Assembly (NCBI RefSeq): GCF_006345805.1
Contig: NC_043021.1
Coordinates: 21,142,001 to 21,206,000, forward strand
Length of the DNA stretch: 64,000 bases
Direction of reading: 5' to 3'
From: Octopus sinensis
Lineage: Eukaryota
The notes under the pieces: model-generated
Database searches by the model: none
Told to the model about the DNA's origin: nothing
Seen by the model: the letters and a program-made list of their open reading frames with translations, nothing else
Shown here: positions 12,730 through 27,422 of the stretch, piece by piece
How the letters are laid out: every line of letters starts with the position of its first letter
Numbering within the stretch: the first letter of the stretch is position 1
Made by a program: the position numbers and the translations under genes

Positions 12730-12945
12730 CACACACACACAAACACATATATGAGTGTATTTGTCCTCCTCCATCACCACTGGACAACCGGTCTGGGTGT
12801 GTTTATGTCCATATAGCTTAGAGGTTTGTCAAAGAGACTAACAGAATAAATATCAGACTATAAAAAAAGTAATAAATACTGGGGTTGATAAATTTGAGTA
12901 AAATTCTTCAAGGCAGTGCCCCAGCATGGCCACAATCAAATGGAA
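12519..12945 (+). mobile_element. SINE family A, older diverged copy
   Basis: Head, internal microsatellite and tail all recognisable. Confidence 0.8.
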
Positions 12946-13039
12946 GAAATGCTGCTAAGCATTTTATCCAATGCTCTGATAGTTCTGCCAGCTTGATCCC
13001 TTATTAACAATAATTCTACAAACACACCATCTCAGCAGT

Positions 13040-13785
13040 CACCCTACTTACTTGGGCCAGCCTTGCTACATTCACCTACCTTTCAAGAAATCTATTGGGT
13101 GCAGAAACCAGCACTGCCCTCTCCTTCCTAATATACAGAATGAGCACAGAGATAATGGAGTCCTCCTGATACAGGAAATCCTCCAGATAGGGCCAGTTAA
13201 GAAATTTCACATACAGTTTTGCCTTGACCACTAAGGGCACAAGCCCTCATCCATCTGTTGTTTTCTAATCTACTGGTGCATGCTCAGGGTAGTTTCATTC
13301 CAATTTTGTCATGGTCACCCATGTTTTGACTAATTTGCTGGGGGAGAGAGTACTTCCCTTTCCGAGGGCTTGACCAAAGAAGGAAGTGTTTCTCTTCATC
13401 CACCGCATAACCTCTTTCACCATAACCACCAGACAGATGAACTCCAGATGTCCTACCACCTCCTTAAAGGTGAGCAATGGGGCAACCCTTATGATGGACT
13501 CAATTGAGAGCAACAGCAGCAGTTCAACATAACTCCACAAGCCAGCAATGTTCAGACCGTGGATGTGTGTATGCAGTACAATTTTGCCCATCTTGGACAG
13601 TCAAGACTGGTGGCTTTCCATGTTTGTCAAGTTTATTTCAAGCTGGTAGTGCTGCCAATAGGTACTCCCAGGAATTTCTGAAATTCCTGGAAGTTATTGG
13701 TAGTAGTCCCCAGCCCAAAGTCGCCTGAAATGGACTAGCTACTCCTTCCACATCAATACCTAGGATTTCCCAAAGAGGCTCATCA
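13040..13785 (-). mobile_element. Probable L1/Tx1-type LINE ORF2 C-terminal remnant
   Basis: ..LPA*NKLDKHG..IVLHTHIHGLNIAGLWSYVELLL..SIESIIRVAP..FICLVVMVKEVMRW resembles the decayed post-RT zinc-knuckle region of L1/Tx1 ORF2. Confidence 0.4.
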
Positions 13786-13789
13786 CTCT

Positions 13790-14012
13790 TACTCTCTCTC
13801 TTTTACTCTTTTACTTATTTCAGTCATTTGACTGCGGCCATGCTGGAGCACCGCCTTTAGTTAAGCAAATCGACCCCGGGACTTATTCTTTGTAAGCTCA
13901 ATACTTATTCTATCGGTCTCTTTTGCCGAACCGCTAAGTGACGGGGAAGTAAAAACACCAGCATCGGTTGTCAAGCAATGCTAGGGGGACAAACACAGAC
14001 ACACAAACACAT

Positions 14013-14059
<47 letters not shown>

Positions 14060-14229
14060 TATATACGACAGGCTTCTTTCAGTTTCTGTCTGCCAAATCC
14101 ACTCACAAGGCATTGGTCGGCCCGGGGCTATAGCAGAAGACACTTGCCCAAGATGCCACGCAGTGGGACTGAACCTGAAACCATGTGGTTGGTTAGCAAG
14201 CTACTTACCACACAGCCACTCCTGCGCCT
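13790..14229 (-). mobile_element. SINE family A copy
   Basis: Full length. Confidence 0.9.
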
Positions 14230-15194
14230 ATACTCATACTTAGTTTTCTATATATCATTAAAGTAGATGACAAATGACTGGGTAACTTGCTGTACTTGGG
14301 AAGACACATCAGGCTAAGTGAAATTGTTGTTTAGGGCCATTGCAATTGACATGTACAAGACACCCATGCTGGTGACACCTAAAGGCACCTGTGCCAGTGA
14401 CATGTAAAAGGCACCCAGTACACTTTGTAGAGTGGTTGGCATTAGGAAGGGCATCCAGCCATAGAATCCAAGCCTAAACAGACTGGAGCCTGGTTCAGCT
14501 CCCCGGCTTACTAGCTCCAGTCAACTTGTCTAACCCCTGCTATCATCAAAAATGGGCATTAAATGAAAATAAAAACAAAAATTAATATATAAACAAACAT
14601 TAATATATACAAAGGGTAGATCAAGATTTCTCTAAATTTAAAGCAGAGTAGCTGTAACTTTAAGTTGTGACACGTGCAAGTGATCTGTAACAGGCACTCA
14701 TTCTGGTGACACATAAAACGCACCCATACTGGTGGCATGTAAATGGCACCCAGTACACTCTGGAGTGGTTGGCCTTAGGAAGGGCATCCGGCCATAGAAA
14801 CCAAGCCAAAACAGACTGGAGTTTGGCACAGGTCTCAGGCTTACCAGCCCCAGTCAGACCATCTTATCCATGCTAGCTTGGAAAGCAGTCACTAAATGTT
14901 GACGGTGAACTTCTGTTGACTGCATTACCTGGCTGATAGAGGGTGGCAGGGTGACGAGTGCTTGACAACATTCTGGATTCCTGGTACCTAATCTTTGTCG
15001 TTTTCTCCACCCAAGATCATAACTCCATCAAAGAGAGGAGCTTCAGGAAAATGGGTCATACAAATGGAGACCACACATGCTCACAGTCCAGGAAAATTTC
15101 AGGTGGTAACGAATAACATAACTTGTATGATGCTGCTATTTTACAACCATCACATGATGTCATGATGAGGGTTCAGACACACATGTATGTGTGT

Positions 15195-15235
<41 letters not shown>

Positions 15236-15780
15236 GATTTATATATGCATATGTATGTATATCGTCATCATCATCATTTAGCATCCGCTTTCCATGCTAG
15301 TATGGGTTGGATGGTTCAACTGGGGTCTGGGAAGCCAGAAGGCTGCACCAGGCCCAGTCTGATCTGGCAATGTTTCTACGGCTGGATGCCCTTCCTAACG
15401 CCAACGACTCCGTGAGTGTAGTGGGTGCTTTTTAAGTGCCACCGGCACAGGTGCCAGACAGGGCTGGCAAACGGCCACGGTCGGATGGTGCTTTTTACGT
15501 GCCACCGGCATGGGGGCCATGCATATATACACACACAAACACACATACACAATGGGTTTCTTTCAGTTTCCATCTACAAAATCCACTCACAGGGCTACTC
15601 TGGATCAGGGTTATAGTAGAAGACACTTGCTTGAAGTACCATGCAGTGGGACTGAACCCAATACCACACAACTGGAAAGTAAGCTTCTCAACCACACAGC
15701 CATGTTGACATACACACACACACATATGCATATTACATATAAACTATGGAAGATAGATTATATATGCACATTTGTTTATC

Positions 15781-15990
15781 TCTCTCTTTACTCTTTTACT
15801 TGTTTCAGTCAGTTGACTGCGGCCATGCTGGAGCACCGCCTTTAGTCGAGCAACTCGACCCCGGGACTTATTCTTTTTGTAAGCCCAGTACTTATTCTAT
15901 CGGTCTCTTTTGCCGAACCGCTAAGTGACGGGGACATAAACACATCAGCATTGGTTGTCAAGCAATGCTTGGGGGACAAACACATACATG

Positions 15991-16054
<64 letters not shown>

Positions 16055-16230
16055 AATACATATATACGATGGGCTTCTTTCAGTTTCCGTCCACCAAATC
16101 CACTCACAAGGCTTTGGTCGGCCTGAGGCTATAGTAGAAGACACTTGCCCAAGATGCCACGCAGTGGGACTGAACCCGGAACCATGTGGTTGGTAAGCAA
16201 GCTACTTACCACACAGCCACTCCTGCGCCT
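15781..16230 (-). mobile_element. SINE family A copy
   Basis: Full length. Confidence 0.9.
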
Positions 16231-16690
16231 ATCTGTATAATATATACACGAGTGCAATGCACATACAATGCCACATACCTGTTTGCTCATGAATGGGTAT
16301 ATAATGCCATGTACCTGTCTGCTTATGAATGGGTGTGTGTGTACACATTCATAGTATGTTTATGAATGCTATAATAGTAATAGAAGCACATCAAAAAGTG
16401 GTAGTGGCAGATTCACTGCATCTACAACACATTAACATGGCATTTGTTTAAGCTTGTTGTATTTGTTCAACACGTGGTGGTCAGCTCTGATTGATCCCAT
16501 TCCAGCTGTGACCATCCAGCGATTCTTTTCAAACATAAAACATTTCTAGAAGTATGTTTATCAATGTTGGCTTTACTGTGAAAGTGAAGTTAAGTCTGAT
16601 GTGAGGAATGTATTGGTTGTTATTTCTAGCAGATAAAGTGATACAGCATTTTACCACATTTTAAAATATTATACATTTATACACGCACTC

Positions 16691-16722
<32 letters not shown>

Positions 16723-17278
16723 CACACACACACACACACATAATTATATATACATATACATAGGCACACATGCATATAGATATACTTAGACTTGCATATA
16801 TATATATATATATATATATACATACACACACATATATACACACATCTACATATACACACACATACAATATCTATCTTATCTGCCTATCTTATACGTCTGT
16901 CTGTCTATCTATCGATCTATGTGCATATATATGCATACATACAGGTTATATTTAAACACACACACACTAAATATGTGTGTGTGTGTGTGTGTAGACAACG
17001 TATAAAAGTATAGTGTGAAGTTATAATTTTTTTAACTGTCAACTTCAAAGCTGTGTTTATACATGTGTCTGCTTATAGAAATATATGATTGATTGTGTGT
17101 GTGTGTGTGTGTGTGTTTTATGTGTGTGTATATGCGTATCATCATTTTATATCTGCTTTTCATTTTGGTATGGGTTGAACAAGTTTTTATGATCTGAATT
17201 CTTTTTCATACTGGATCTAATACTGTCAAAGGCTTGTGCTCGCACACATCATTTTGACTCTGTTTCTACAGATGGATG

Positions 17279-17665
17279 GTGGAGGCGCAATGGCCCAGTG
17301 GTTAGGGCAGCAGACTCGCGGTTGTAGGATCGCGATTTCGATTCCCAGACCGGGCATTGTGAGTGTTTATTGAGTGAAAACACCTAAAAAGCTCCACGAG
17401 GCTCCGGCAGGGATGGTGGTGATCCCTGCTGTACTCTTTCACCACAACTTTCTCTCACTCTTACTTCCTGTTTCTGTTGTACCTGTATTTCAAAGGGCCG
17501 GCCTTGTCACTCTCTGTGTCACGCTGAATATACCCGAGAACTACGTTAAGGGTACACGTGTCTGTGGAGTGCTCAGCCACTTACACATTAATTTCACGAG
17601 CAGGCTGTTCCGTTGATCAGATCAACCGGAACCCTCGTTGTCGTAACCGATGGAGTGCTTCCACC
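17279..17665 (+). mobile_element. SINE family B with TSD, inserted in a family C-like element
   Basis: TSD acagatggatg at 17268-17278 and 17666-17676. Confidence 0.92.
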
Positions 17666-18117
17666 ACAGATGGATGCTCTTCCTATCACCAACCACTTTA
17701 CAGAGTGTAATCAATGCATTTTCATTAGCAAGGTTCTTGGTGAGACAAGACCAAAGGGACCTCACAGCCATACTTTACCTCTGATCACAAATTTCTGTAG
17801 GAGAGCTTATGAGGGGGATTTTCATCATGGTACCAGCATATGATTGGGGTTACTTGTAGCCTCTAAGTGTAGAGGTTACTCAATAGCCTAAGGTGTGTAC
17901 TATCAATCAGGTAATGTAATCAAGGGTGGATGCAGGTTTGCAGTGGGGTGGGGTGGGGTTAACAGAAGGCCAGAATGGGTGGGAGAAAGAAGCATCTGTA
18001 GGATGGTTTGGACAAGCTATTGAGATAGAGAGGGATTTGTGTGTGTGCGTGTCCGTGTGTGTGTCCCCATGTGTCTCTATGTGTGTGTGTCCGTGTGTCT
18101 CTATATGTGTGTGTCCA

Positions 18118-18156
<39 letters not shown>

Positions 18157-18157
<1 letters not shown>

Positions 18158-18476
18158 GGTGCAGACATGGCTTTGTGGTAAGAAACTTGCTTCCCAGCCA
18201 CGTGGTTTTGGGTTCAGTCTCATTGCATGGCACCTTGGGCAAGTTTCTTCTACTATAGCCTCGGGCCAACCAAAGCCTTGTGAGTGGATTTGGAAGGCGG
18301 AAACTGAAAGAAGCCCGTTGTGTATGTATATATAATATAAACTTAGTGGTTCGGTGAAAGAGACTGATAAAATAAGTACCAGGCTTACAAAGAATATGTC
18401 CTGGGCTCGATTTCTTCAACTAAAGGTGGTGCTCCAGCATGGCCACAATCAAATGACTGAAACATGTAAAAGAAAA
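18157..18476 (+). mobile_element. SINE family A copy with internal deletion
   Basis: Head and tail are present. Confidence 0.85.
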
Positions 18477-18564
18477 GAATGTGTGTGTGTGTATATATAG
18501 ACTACACATGCACACACATACACATAAATTTAATGTACAATATATGGATTTATATAATCCAGTG

Positions 18565-18890
18565 ATAATAATAATAATATAATAATGAAATTATTGTATA
18601 CAGTGCTCAGGTGCACCATAACTTGTCAGTATATGCAGTAATGTACAAATGTCTGGAAAGCGAACAATGCATGAGTCAGATACATGCTTGTGTGTGTATG
18701 GAGGGGAGAAAATCAGGTGTAGTGTTGGCGAATCTCAGAAAGCATGGAAGTTTTGAAGGATGCAGTGCTCCGACAACTAACAACTGATGCCGGCAGTTTG
18801 TTCCATGCTTCAGCAACTCTCAGCGTGAAAAAATGTTTCCTGAAGTCATGGGAGCTGTGCTGTTTTCTGACTTTGTAGATATGTCCACGA
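18565..18890 (-). mobile_element. CR1-like LINE 3' end (same family as 19470-19955)
   Basis: Near-identical to 19470-19800; ends in an (ATT)n tail. Confidence 0.85.
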
Positions 18891-19099
18891 AAAAGATCCT
18901 CTAGTGGACCAGGCTACAAACTACATAGTAAATGAATGCATCGGAGCATAATGTAGAGTCTTATGCAGTTGAAATCCAGTCAATCTAATCAGTGAAAATT
19001 ATTTCATGAGGAATATTGGAATATTAAGAAAATCAGGCGGTTTGGTGAAATAAATGCATTCATCTCATACCTCCTGCCTGTCTTTATATATTCTTTTTC

Positions 19100-19460
19100 T
19101 TTCATTCTTTTACTTGTTTCTGTCATTTGACTGTGACCACAGAACTTATTTTTTGTAAGCCTAGTACTTATTCTACCAATTTCTTTTGCCGAACTGCTAA
19201 GTTACGGGGACGTAAACACACCAACATCAGTTGTCAAGTGATGGTGGAGGGACAACATAGGCACAAAGACACACATACATAAATACATATATTTTTGTAT
19301 ACGATGGGTTTCTTTCAGTTCCCTTGTACCAAATCCACTCACAAAGCCTTGGTTGGCCCAAGGCTATAGTAGAAGACACTTGCCCAAGGTGTCATGCAGT
19401 GGGACTGAATCTGTAACCATGTGGTTGGGAAGTGAGCTTCTTACCACACAGCCATACCTG
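19100..19460 (-). mobile_element. SINE family A copy
   Basis: Diverged, with an internal deletion. Confidence 0.8.
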
Positions 19461-19469
19461 CATTATATA

Positions 19470-19955
19470 TAATAATAATAATGAAATTATTGTATACAGT
19501 GCTCAGGTGCACCACAACTTGTCAGAAAGTGCGTATAAAGTATATGCAGTAATGTACAAATGTCTGGAAAGCAAACAGTGTATGAGTCAGATACATGCTT
19601 GTGTGCGTATGGACGGGAGAAAATCAGGTGTAGTGTTGGCGAATCTCAGAAAGCATGGAAGTTTTGAAGGAGGCAGTGCTCTGACAACTAACAACTGATG
19701 CCGGCAGTTTGTTCCATGCTTCAGCAACTCTCAGCGTGAAAAAATGTTTCCTAAAGTCATGGGAGCTGTGCTGTTTTCTGACTTTGTAAATATGTCCACG
19801 GGTGTTAGACAGGTGGAGTTTGAAAAGGTGCTCAGAGTTATTGTTTGTAAGATGGTTGATAATTTTATGGGTGTCTGCCAAGTCAGCTGCCAGACGTCGG
19901 AGTTTCAACGTGTCCAGGCCCAGGGAAGTAAGGCAGTCAGAATATGGCAAATGCC
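19470..19955 (-). mobile_element. CR1-clade LINE 3' end (ORF2 C-terminus + 3' UTR)
   Basis: LPYSDCLTSLGLDTLKLRRLAADL..NTRGHIYKV..RKHFFTLRVAEAWNKLPASVV..FKT is the typical CR1 C-terminus. Decayed copies at ~23110-23460 and ~52345-52652. Confidence 0.9.
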
Positions 19956-21727
19956 TTATGTAGGCTTTTATTTTGATATGGTGGCTTAGGCTGGACAAGA
20001 CTTACTGAGGCTGTATTCCACAGCTGGGTGCTCTTCCTGTTGCCAGCTCTCACCTGTCTCTAAAAGCAAGGTAATATTTCCTATGGCCAGACATGTTTTT
20101 CACAGAAGACTGGAAAGCATTGCTTGTATGACAGTGACACTCATTTTACAACCATCATGTGATGACTTCAGCTCTCACTCACACACACAACAGGCTTATA
20201 AGATATTGACCAACCCTTGAGGTTATAACAGATACTTGTCAAAGCTGCCACAAGATGGGATGGAACCTGAAATCCCATGGTTGCAAAATAAGCCCCATAA
20301 CTGCACATCCATACCTACACACACACACGCTCTCACTATTTAATTATCTTTGATTGCTGCCTCATACCATCAAACATTCTCTACTCTCCTCACTTATTCC
20401 TGCACTCGGTCCTACCTACTTTATATCTTAAAGGTCCACTCTAACACTTCATCACCAATTTCCAGCTCTACCGTAAAAAGCACCTTCTGTCCGTGGCCGT
20501 TTGCCAGCCCCGTCTGGCACCTGTGCGGGTGGCACATAAAAAGCACCCACTACACTCACGGAGTGGTTGGCGTTAGGAAGGGCATCCAGCCGTAGAAACA
20601 CTGCCAGATCAGACTGGGCCTGGTGCAGCCTTCAGGCTTCCCAGACCCCAGTTGAACCGTCCAACACATGGAAAGCGGACGCTAAATGATGATGATGACC
20701 CCATACAACTGTCTCTTCTAAAACGTGAATAGTTATGTACCTAATCATTCAGTGACAAACCTGTTCTGTTTTGGCTTTCTTCTCTCATAATTGACCTCTC
20801 TCTGTCTACTCCTAGCATAAAGTCCATCTTCCTCACTCAAGATTTCATAGTCTTTCAAGTTACAAGGTAGTCTCACCGGTGTTGCTGGCACAAAAAACGG
20901 CACTTCAGTACATGCTGTAAAGTGGTTGGCATTAGGAAGGGCATCCAGCCATTGAAACCATGCTAAGGCAGAAACTGGAGCATGATGTGCTCCTTGGGCC
21001 CCATCAGATTCTGTCAAAAAATCCCAACCTAATCCAACATGGAATTTGGATGCTAAACGATAATGATGATAATGTTTCTGTGCCATTTGGTGGTAACCAA
21101 AGAACTTGCTTATAGTTTCATTATTTCTGTATTCTCTGCTGTTGATTTGGTTGGTTGTTTGATCTCTTCAAATCCTAAAGTTGTGAAACAATCAGTTTGT
21201 TTCTTTGTTACTTTCATTTTTCTTATTTTTCTTTCATTCTACTTTGTCTGCTTTCTTCCTTTGTTTTCTTTCTTTCCACATTTCCTTTTCTTTTATTTCT
21301 TTTTCTCTTTTCGTTCTTTTCTTATTTTAATCTCTAAGCATCCTTCCCTTCTTCCTTCCTTCCTTCCAAACTTTGTAAATGGGTTTGGACTAAAATACTT
21401 GAAAAGGATTTAAAGCATTAAGTTCTTAACCATTTTCACCATTGCACTAGCTATCTGCCTGCCTGCCTGTCACACACACACACACACCACACACACACAC
21501 ACACACACACCACGACACTCTCTTTCTGTCTCTTTTATTCTTCTTTGGTACCAGTTAAAGTGGACATGAATTAAAAGAAGCAGGATGGCTGGGGAACCTA
21601 CAAATTATGGGAATTTCTTCTTGCTAAAATTCTAATAGGTTTGCCAACAAACTATTAGCTAATGATTTGCTTTTTCCCTCACAGACAAAACAAAAAAAAA
21701 TGAAAATGATTGTTGGTGGTTCACTCA

Positions 21728-21759
<32 letters not shown>

Positions 21760-22451
21760 CTATGCAAATGTGTGTGATGTCTACTATGTATAAATATGTG
21801 TGTGATGTCTACTATGTATAAATATGTGTGTGCATGAGTTATGCAAATTTGTGTGTTGTGTCTACTGTGTATATACGTGTGTGTGTGTGTGTGCATGCAT
21901 CTGCTGTGTATATTTTTGTGCGAATCTGTGTGTTTGTAACTTTGCATGTTTTTTTGCTTTTTTTTGCATGTCTGTTTTTGTTTTTGGTTGTTACATTTAT
22001 TTTTATAATTTTTGCCTTCTTTATACTTGGTTGATCTTTATAAATACCGGTGGATGTATTTTGGGAGAAAGTGAAAACAAAAACGCCCCCCCCCAAAAAA
22101 AACACACACACACACACGCACGCACGCACACAAAGCAAAAAAAAAAAAGAAAAACCGGGAGAGAACAATAACATCAATGAGAACAACAAAAAGAACAGCA
22201 ATAATATTAAACAAACATCTCTTTTCCATTGCCGCTCCTCAATACTTTCATCACATTTCCATCGCAGCGAGTATGCAGGTGGTACATGCTAGCAGAGTGA
22301 TTACAAATCACTTGCTGGCTTTGATTTCATTTATTGAAGTTGGCGAGAGACAAGGCATGTTATGTTCTCTCATTGAATTGTTCTATGAGAATGTTAGATG
22401 TTTGTTAGTCGGGTAATATAAATATATATACTTTACAGCAAACTGATTCTC

Positions 22452-22488
<37 letters not shown>

Positions 22489-22519
22489 CCTGTGTGTGTG
22501 TGTGGTGTGTGTGTGGTGT

Positions 22520-22836
22520 GTGTGTATGAACTGTTGTGTGTGTGGTGTGTGTGGAGGACCCTGTGTGTGTATGAACCTGTATGCGTTGTGTGTGTGTGTG
22601 TGTGAACCTGTATGCATGTGTGTGGGTGTATGAACCTGTATGCGTGTGTGTGGTGTGGTGTATGAACCTGTAGCGTGTGTTTTGGTGTGTATGAACCTGT
22701 ATGCATGTGTGTGTGTGTGTATGAACCTGTATGCATGTGTGTGTGTGTGTGTATGAACCTGTATGCATGTGTGTGTGGTGTGTGTGTGTGAACCTGTATG
22801 CGTGTGTGTGTGTGTGTGTATGAACCTGTATGCATG
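22520..22836. repeat. Minisatellite, ~28-32-bp unit gtatgaacctgtatgc(a/g)(tg)n, ~10 copies
   Basis: Directly visible within a (TG)n field. Confidence 0.9.
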
Positions 22837-22878
22837 TGTATGTGTGTCTGTGTCATATGTGTGATATGTATATATATT

Positions 22879-22919
<41 letters not shown>

Positions 22920-23746
22920 GTATGTATGCACGTGTATGTATATTTTGTGTGTATATATATGTATGTGTGTATACACACATGTATGTATATGTATTATATA
23001 TATACACATGCACACATACATGTATAATTTGTGTGTGTGTGTGTATATATATAATTTTATACATAGATATACTCACATATTTGCATATACATACACATGT
23101 ATGTATGCTAATAATATTGTTAATGAGCCTATTATATATAGTGCTCAGGTGCACTGTAACTTGTTGGAAAAGGGTAAATGAAAGGACGGAAAACAGCAGT
23201 AAGTCAAATAATACAAGACTGCAATGAAAGCTAAAAGTACATGCGCACAGTGTAAAGCACAGGAAGACAGAAAAGTGAACAGAATTAGAGCCAGGAGAAG
23301 TGGATGCATTTGACATGTCAGGAGGAGTGTTGGCGAGTTTGGGGGAAAGCATAGGCATTTTGGAAGATGCAGTGTGTCCTGACAGCTAATAAGGGACACA
23401 GGTGGTTTGTTCCATGCTTTGACAACTCTGAGTGTGAAATATTATTTCTGAAGTTCGTGTATAGATGTGTACGTATATATGCATATGTATATATTATATA
23501 TGCATGTGTGTATATGTGTAGAGTGTATATATATATATATATAATATTATTATATAGATATATATATACATATGCGTGTGTGTGTATGTGTATGTATGTT
23601 ATATATATACATACACATGCGTGCGTGTCGATGTGTATTATGTTTTATATATATAATATTATATATATATCTATATACCATACACATTTTGTGTGTATGT
23701 ATATATATATATATATTTATACATACATACATATATATACATACAC

Positions 23747-23808
<62 letters not shown>

Positions 23809-23904
23809 CACACGTGTAGTATAGTATGTATGTATGTATGTATAAATCTATATATATATATACTACAACACACATGTGTATGTATATATATCTATATATA
23901 TATA

Positions 23905-23935
<31 letters not shown>

Positions 23936-24012
23936 ACATCCATACACATACACAGACACGCACGCATGTGTATGTATATATATATAAACAACATACACAA
24001 TAACACACCCGC

Positions 24013-24054
<42 letters not shown>

Positions 24055-24079
24055 GCATGTCTATGTATAGATATATATA

Positions 24080-24141
<62 letters not shown>

Positions 24142-24529
24142 GATACTTGTGTTTGTGTGGATACATATGTATATACATGCATACTCATGCATGTTTGTTT
24201 CATTTGTACAAACACACAAAAGGACATGTTTGTATATTTATATGCATATTTAGGTGTGTGTATGTATACACACACACACACACACACACAGACAAATGCA
24301 TGTTTGTTCCATCTGTTGGGAATTTTCAAAGTTTAGCTGCCCCAGAACAGCACTGTATTCCATAGGTGTACCTACAACCCTGGATATGGTTTTCAAGGAT
24401 TGGTTCATTGAAGATGAAACAGAGAAGGCATGAAGGAATATATCTGAATATATAGTGGCAGGAATGAGATATGAAGATGAGACAAACATACACCAACGGT
24501 ACAACGAAGTTCTATATGGCTTCAGCCCC

Positions 24530-25650
24530 TGTTTTGGAAGACCAGCAATCTGTAGAGCTCACTGAGGACGTCTTGCAAAGCCTGGTCGAACAAAATCTCA
24601 TCGTAACTGTTGAGGAACTAGCGGAGAATCTTGGATTTGGTCATTCATCTATGCCTGTGTGTCATCAGAAAAGCCAGCAAATTGGGTCAGTGAGTTCTTC
24701 AAAAACTTTCTGAGTCTAATCTCGTGCAGAGAGTGAATATGCACTCTTCTTTGCTGTCGTTTCCCAAATGAACCTTTTTTGGATTGAATAGCGACTGGTG
24801 ATGAGAAATGAGTTCTCTATAAAAATGTCAAGCACCGAAGACAGTGGGTAGGGAAAGGAGAAACACTGGCACCCCAGGCTAAAGAAGGTCTTCACTGATG
24901 TAAGGTGTTGTTAATCTATTTGGTGAGATATGAACTTTTAAACTCAAAATCAAATGATAACAAAGGAGATCTACAGTGAGCCGCTTGAGTGGCTTAACCC
25001 TTTAGTGTTCGAATTATTCTGACAAAATTTATGCTTCTTCATCTACACTGTTTTGAATTAATCATTCATTAATCTTGTAGCTATGAAATTTTGATGAGGT
25101 AGCTGTTAATTTTTAAAATGATATTGTAGGGTTGGTATGAGAGACCATATCTGGCCAGTTTGAACATAAAACATGCAGAATATTTTTGGCCGGATATGGC
25201 CAGTTTAAATGCTAAAGGGTTAAGTCAGTACCAGAAGAAAAAGGACCATCTTTGGTTTTAAGATGAAAGGTGTTCTTCCATCAGGATAATGCTTGGCCAC
25301 ATACAATGAGGATGACATTCCAAAAGCTGGAGCAGTTTGAATGGGAAACAATGCTTCACGCACCATATTTACCAGACATTGCCCAATATGATTATCATTT
25401 ATTTTGCAGTCTTCAAAATCATTTGGACGGAAAAAAATATGAATTCTATGGACGACGTGAGAACAGTGCTGGAGGAGTATTTTCGTTATGGACAAGTGAA
25501 TTTTGGTAGACGGGTCTTGCAAGTCTACCAGATAGATGGAAGAGAAAATGGAGAGTTTATTTTAAATTAAAAAAGAACCTTGTTCATCTTAATTTTGAAA
25601 AATAAAAGAAGTATAAAAAAAAAACACATTATTTATGGGATGACCCAATA
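24530..25650 (+). mobile_element. Decayed mariner transposon (transposase pseudogene + right TIR)
   Basis: HTH TVEELAENLG; catalytic ATGDEK(W)VLYKN; FHQDNAWPH; HAPYLPDIAQYDYHLFCSLQNHL (YSPDLAPSD-like); terminus ..ATTTATGGGATGACCCAATA followed by TA. Confidence 0.9.
24998..25219. mobile_element. TTAA-flanked MITE (piggyBac-like ends) inserted in the mariner ORF
   Basis: TTAA|CCCTTTAG...CTAAAGGG|TTAA (TSD 24994-24997 and 25220-25223); removing it restores the reading EWLKSV. Confidence 0.9.
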
Positions 25651-25892
25651 TATAGTTGAAGTGATGGGAAACAAAAAGACAAAAGGATACAGAAAATAAT
25701 GTAGTTAAACCTTAGTAGCACAGGCGTAGTTGTGTCATAAGACGCCTACTTCCTAACAACACATTTCTGGGTTCAGTCCCACTGGATGGCATGTTGGGCA
25801 AGTGTCTTCTACTGTAGTTTTAAGGCTGACCAAAGCCTTGTGAGTGGATTCTGAGACAGAAATAAGAGCCCATTATATATATATATATATAT

Positions 25893-27030
25893 AAATCAAT
25901 AAATGGTGGGGTTGTGTTGACCGCATGTGGAGAATGATAAGCAAAGAGAAAAATTGTAAAAAGGCAGAATGCTAAATTGAAAGAAAATTTTAATGAAAAT
26001 GGGTGTATGGAAAAATTTTGAAAAATTGATAAACTATACATATATTAATTCAAACTGGTTTTCATAATAATGTGACTTTTCAAGAATTGTAAAGAAAAAA
26101 AATTTTTTTTTAATGTGAGGAGGGGGAAAAAAGAAACTTGTTTTTTGTTTTTTTCAAAAAAATAATAATAATAATAAATATGTACAAAAATTAAAAAATA
26201 GGTACTCCGATACATTGTAAAGTCTTTGTGTATCTTGAATTTAATGACAGTTCACGAAAAAATTACCTTGAAGTATTGAGATCCAATGGGATTAAATCCA
26301 TGTGTTGTTTAATTCAATTAAGAGTGTCTCTTAAGTGGATGGCAAAACAGGAAGTAGTAATAGTCCAGTTCCTGTGTTGTGAATAAGGGGAGACAACTCT
26401 ATGGGTTTTAAGCTCTTCAATTTGTGTTTATCAATTTTTTGTAATAAAGGGTGTTAATAAACCTTAAATATAAAATTATTATTTTAGCTTCATTTGCATT
26501 ATCTTTTTTTATATAATTGTTTGCTGACTTAACATTCAGATTTAACAACACTTTATTTATATTGTTTTTTCTAATTATATAAATTTGCATAAACCAATTT
26601 ATAAATTACATTTCAGATTGTTATTTCATATATAACAACAACAATAATAATAATATAATATAATAATATTAAAGAATATAAGTTTTAGCTTGAAGTGATG
26701 ACTGCATGGTATCCTTATATATTTGTGTTAGTCCATCTGAAGAATGAGGTAGAAAAAGAAGTATGATCAACGAGGAGTTTGCATATTAAGATGGCGTTTT
26801 GATATTTTTCATAAAGGATCTCCTTGTTAATTCTCTCCTGTGTGGTGATTCCGTCTTTACATTGGTAGAAGGGGAATATGTAGAATTTGGATTTTTGTCT
26901 TTAGCGCATGAGTCTATGTGGTCACTCGTGGGATTTGCCGGTATTCCGGGAGATTTTATTTGTCTTTATGCACCGCTTCTCTTTTACGTAACGGAGGCTC
27001 GTTTGTCCAACATAATTATGTTGGTAACCA
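25893..27030 (-). mobile_element. Penelope-like element 3' end (GIY-YIG C-half + 3' UTR), cut by the assembly gap
   Basis: Near-identical to 34094-35455; GYQHNYVGQTS at the gap edge. Confidence 0.88.
26047..26088 (-). ncRNA. Candidate minimal type-I hammerhead ribozyme (U3-A8 variant), copy 1
   Basis: AAUUC-UUGAAAA-GUCAcauuaUUAU-GAAA-AccagU-UU-GAAUU; stem II and loop III carry mutations relative to copy 2. Confidence 0.5.
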
Positions 27031-27130
27031 NNNNNNNNNNNNNNNNNNNNNNNNNNNNNNNNNNNNNNNNNNNNNNNNNNNNNNNNNNNNNNNNNNNNNN
27101 NNNNNNNNNNNNNNNNNNNNNNNNNNNNNN
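27031..27130. other. Assembly gap (100 N)
   Basis: Run of N. Confidence 1.
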
Positions 27131-27422
27131 TGTCTTGCAAGTTACTTGGTGACCCTGCCAGTGCAGGTGCCACTTAGGGCATCAAGCTGTAAAAACCTTG
27201 TCAAAATTGACCTTGCCTGTGCTGGTGCTACGTAAAAAGCACTCAGTCCACTCTGCAGGGTGGTTGGTGTTAGGAAGGGCATCCAGCTGTAAAAACCATG
27301 CCAAAAGAAACACAGAAGTCTGGCCAGCTTCTAATAAACCATCCAACCCATGCCAGCATGGAAGGTGGACGTTAAAGGATGATGATATATATATATACAC
27401 ACACACAACACACACACACACA

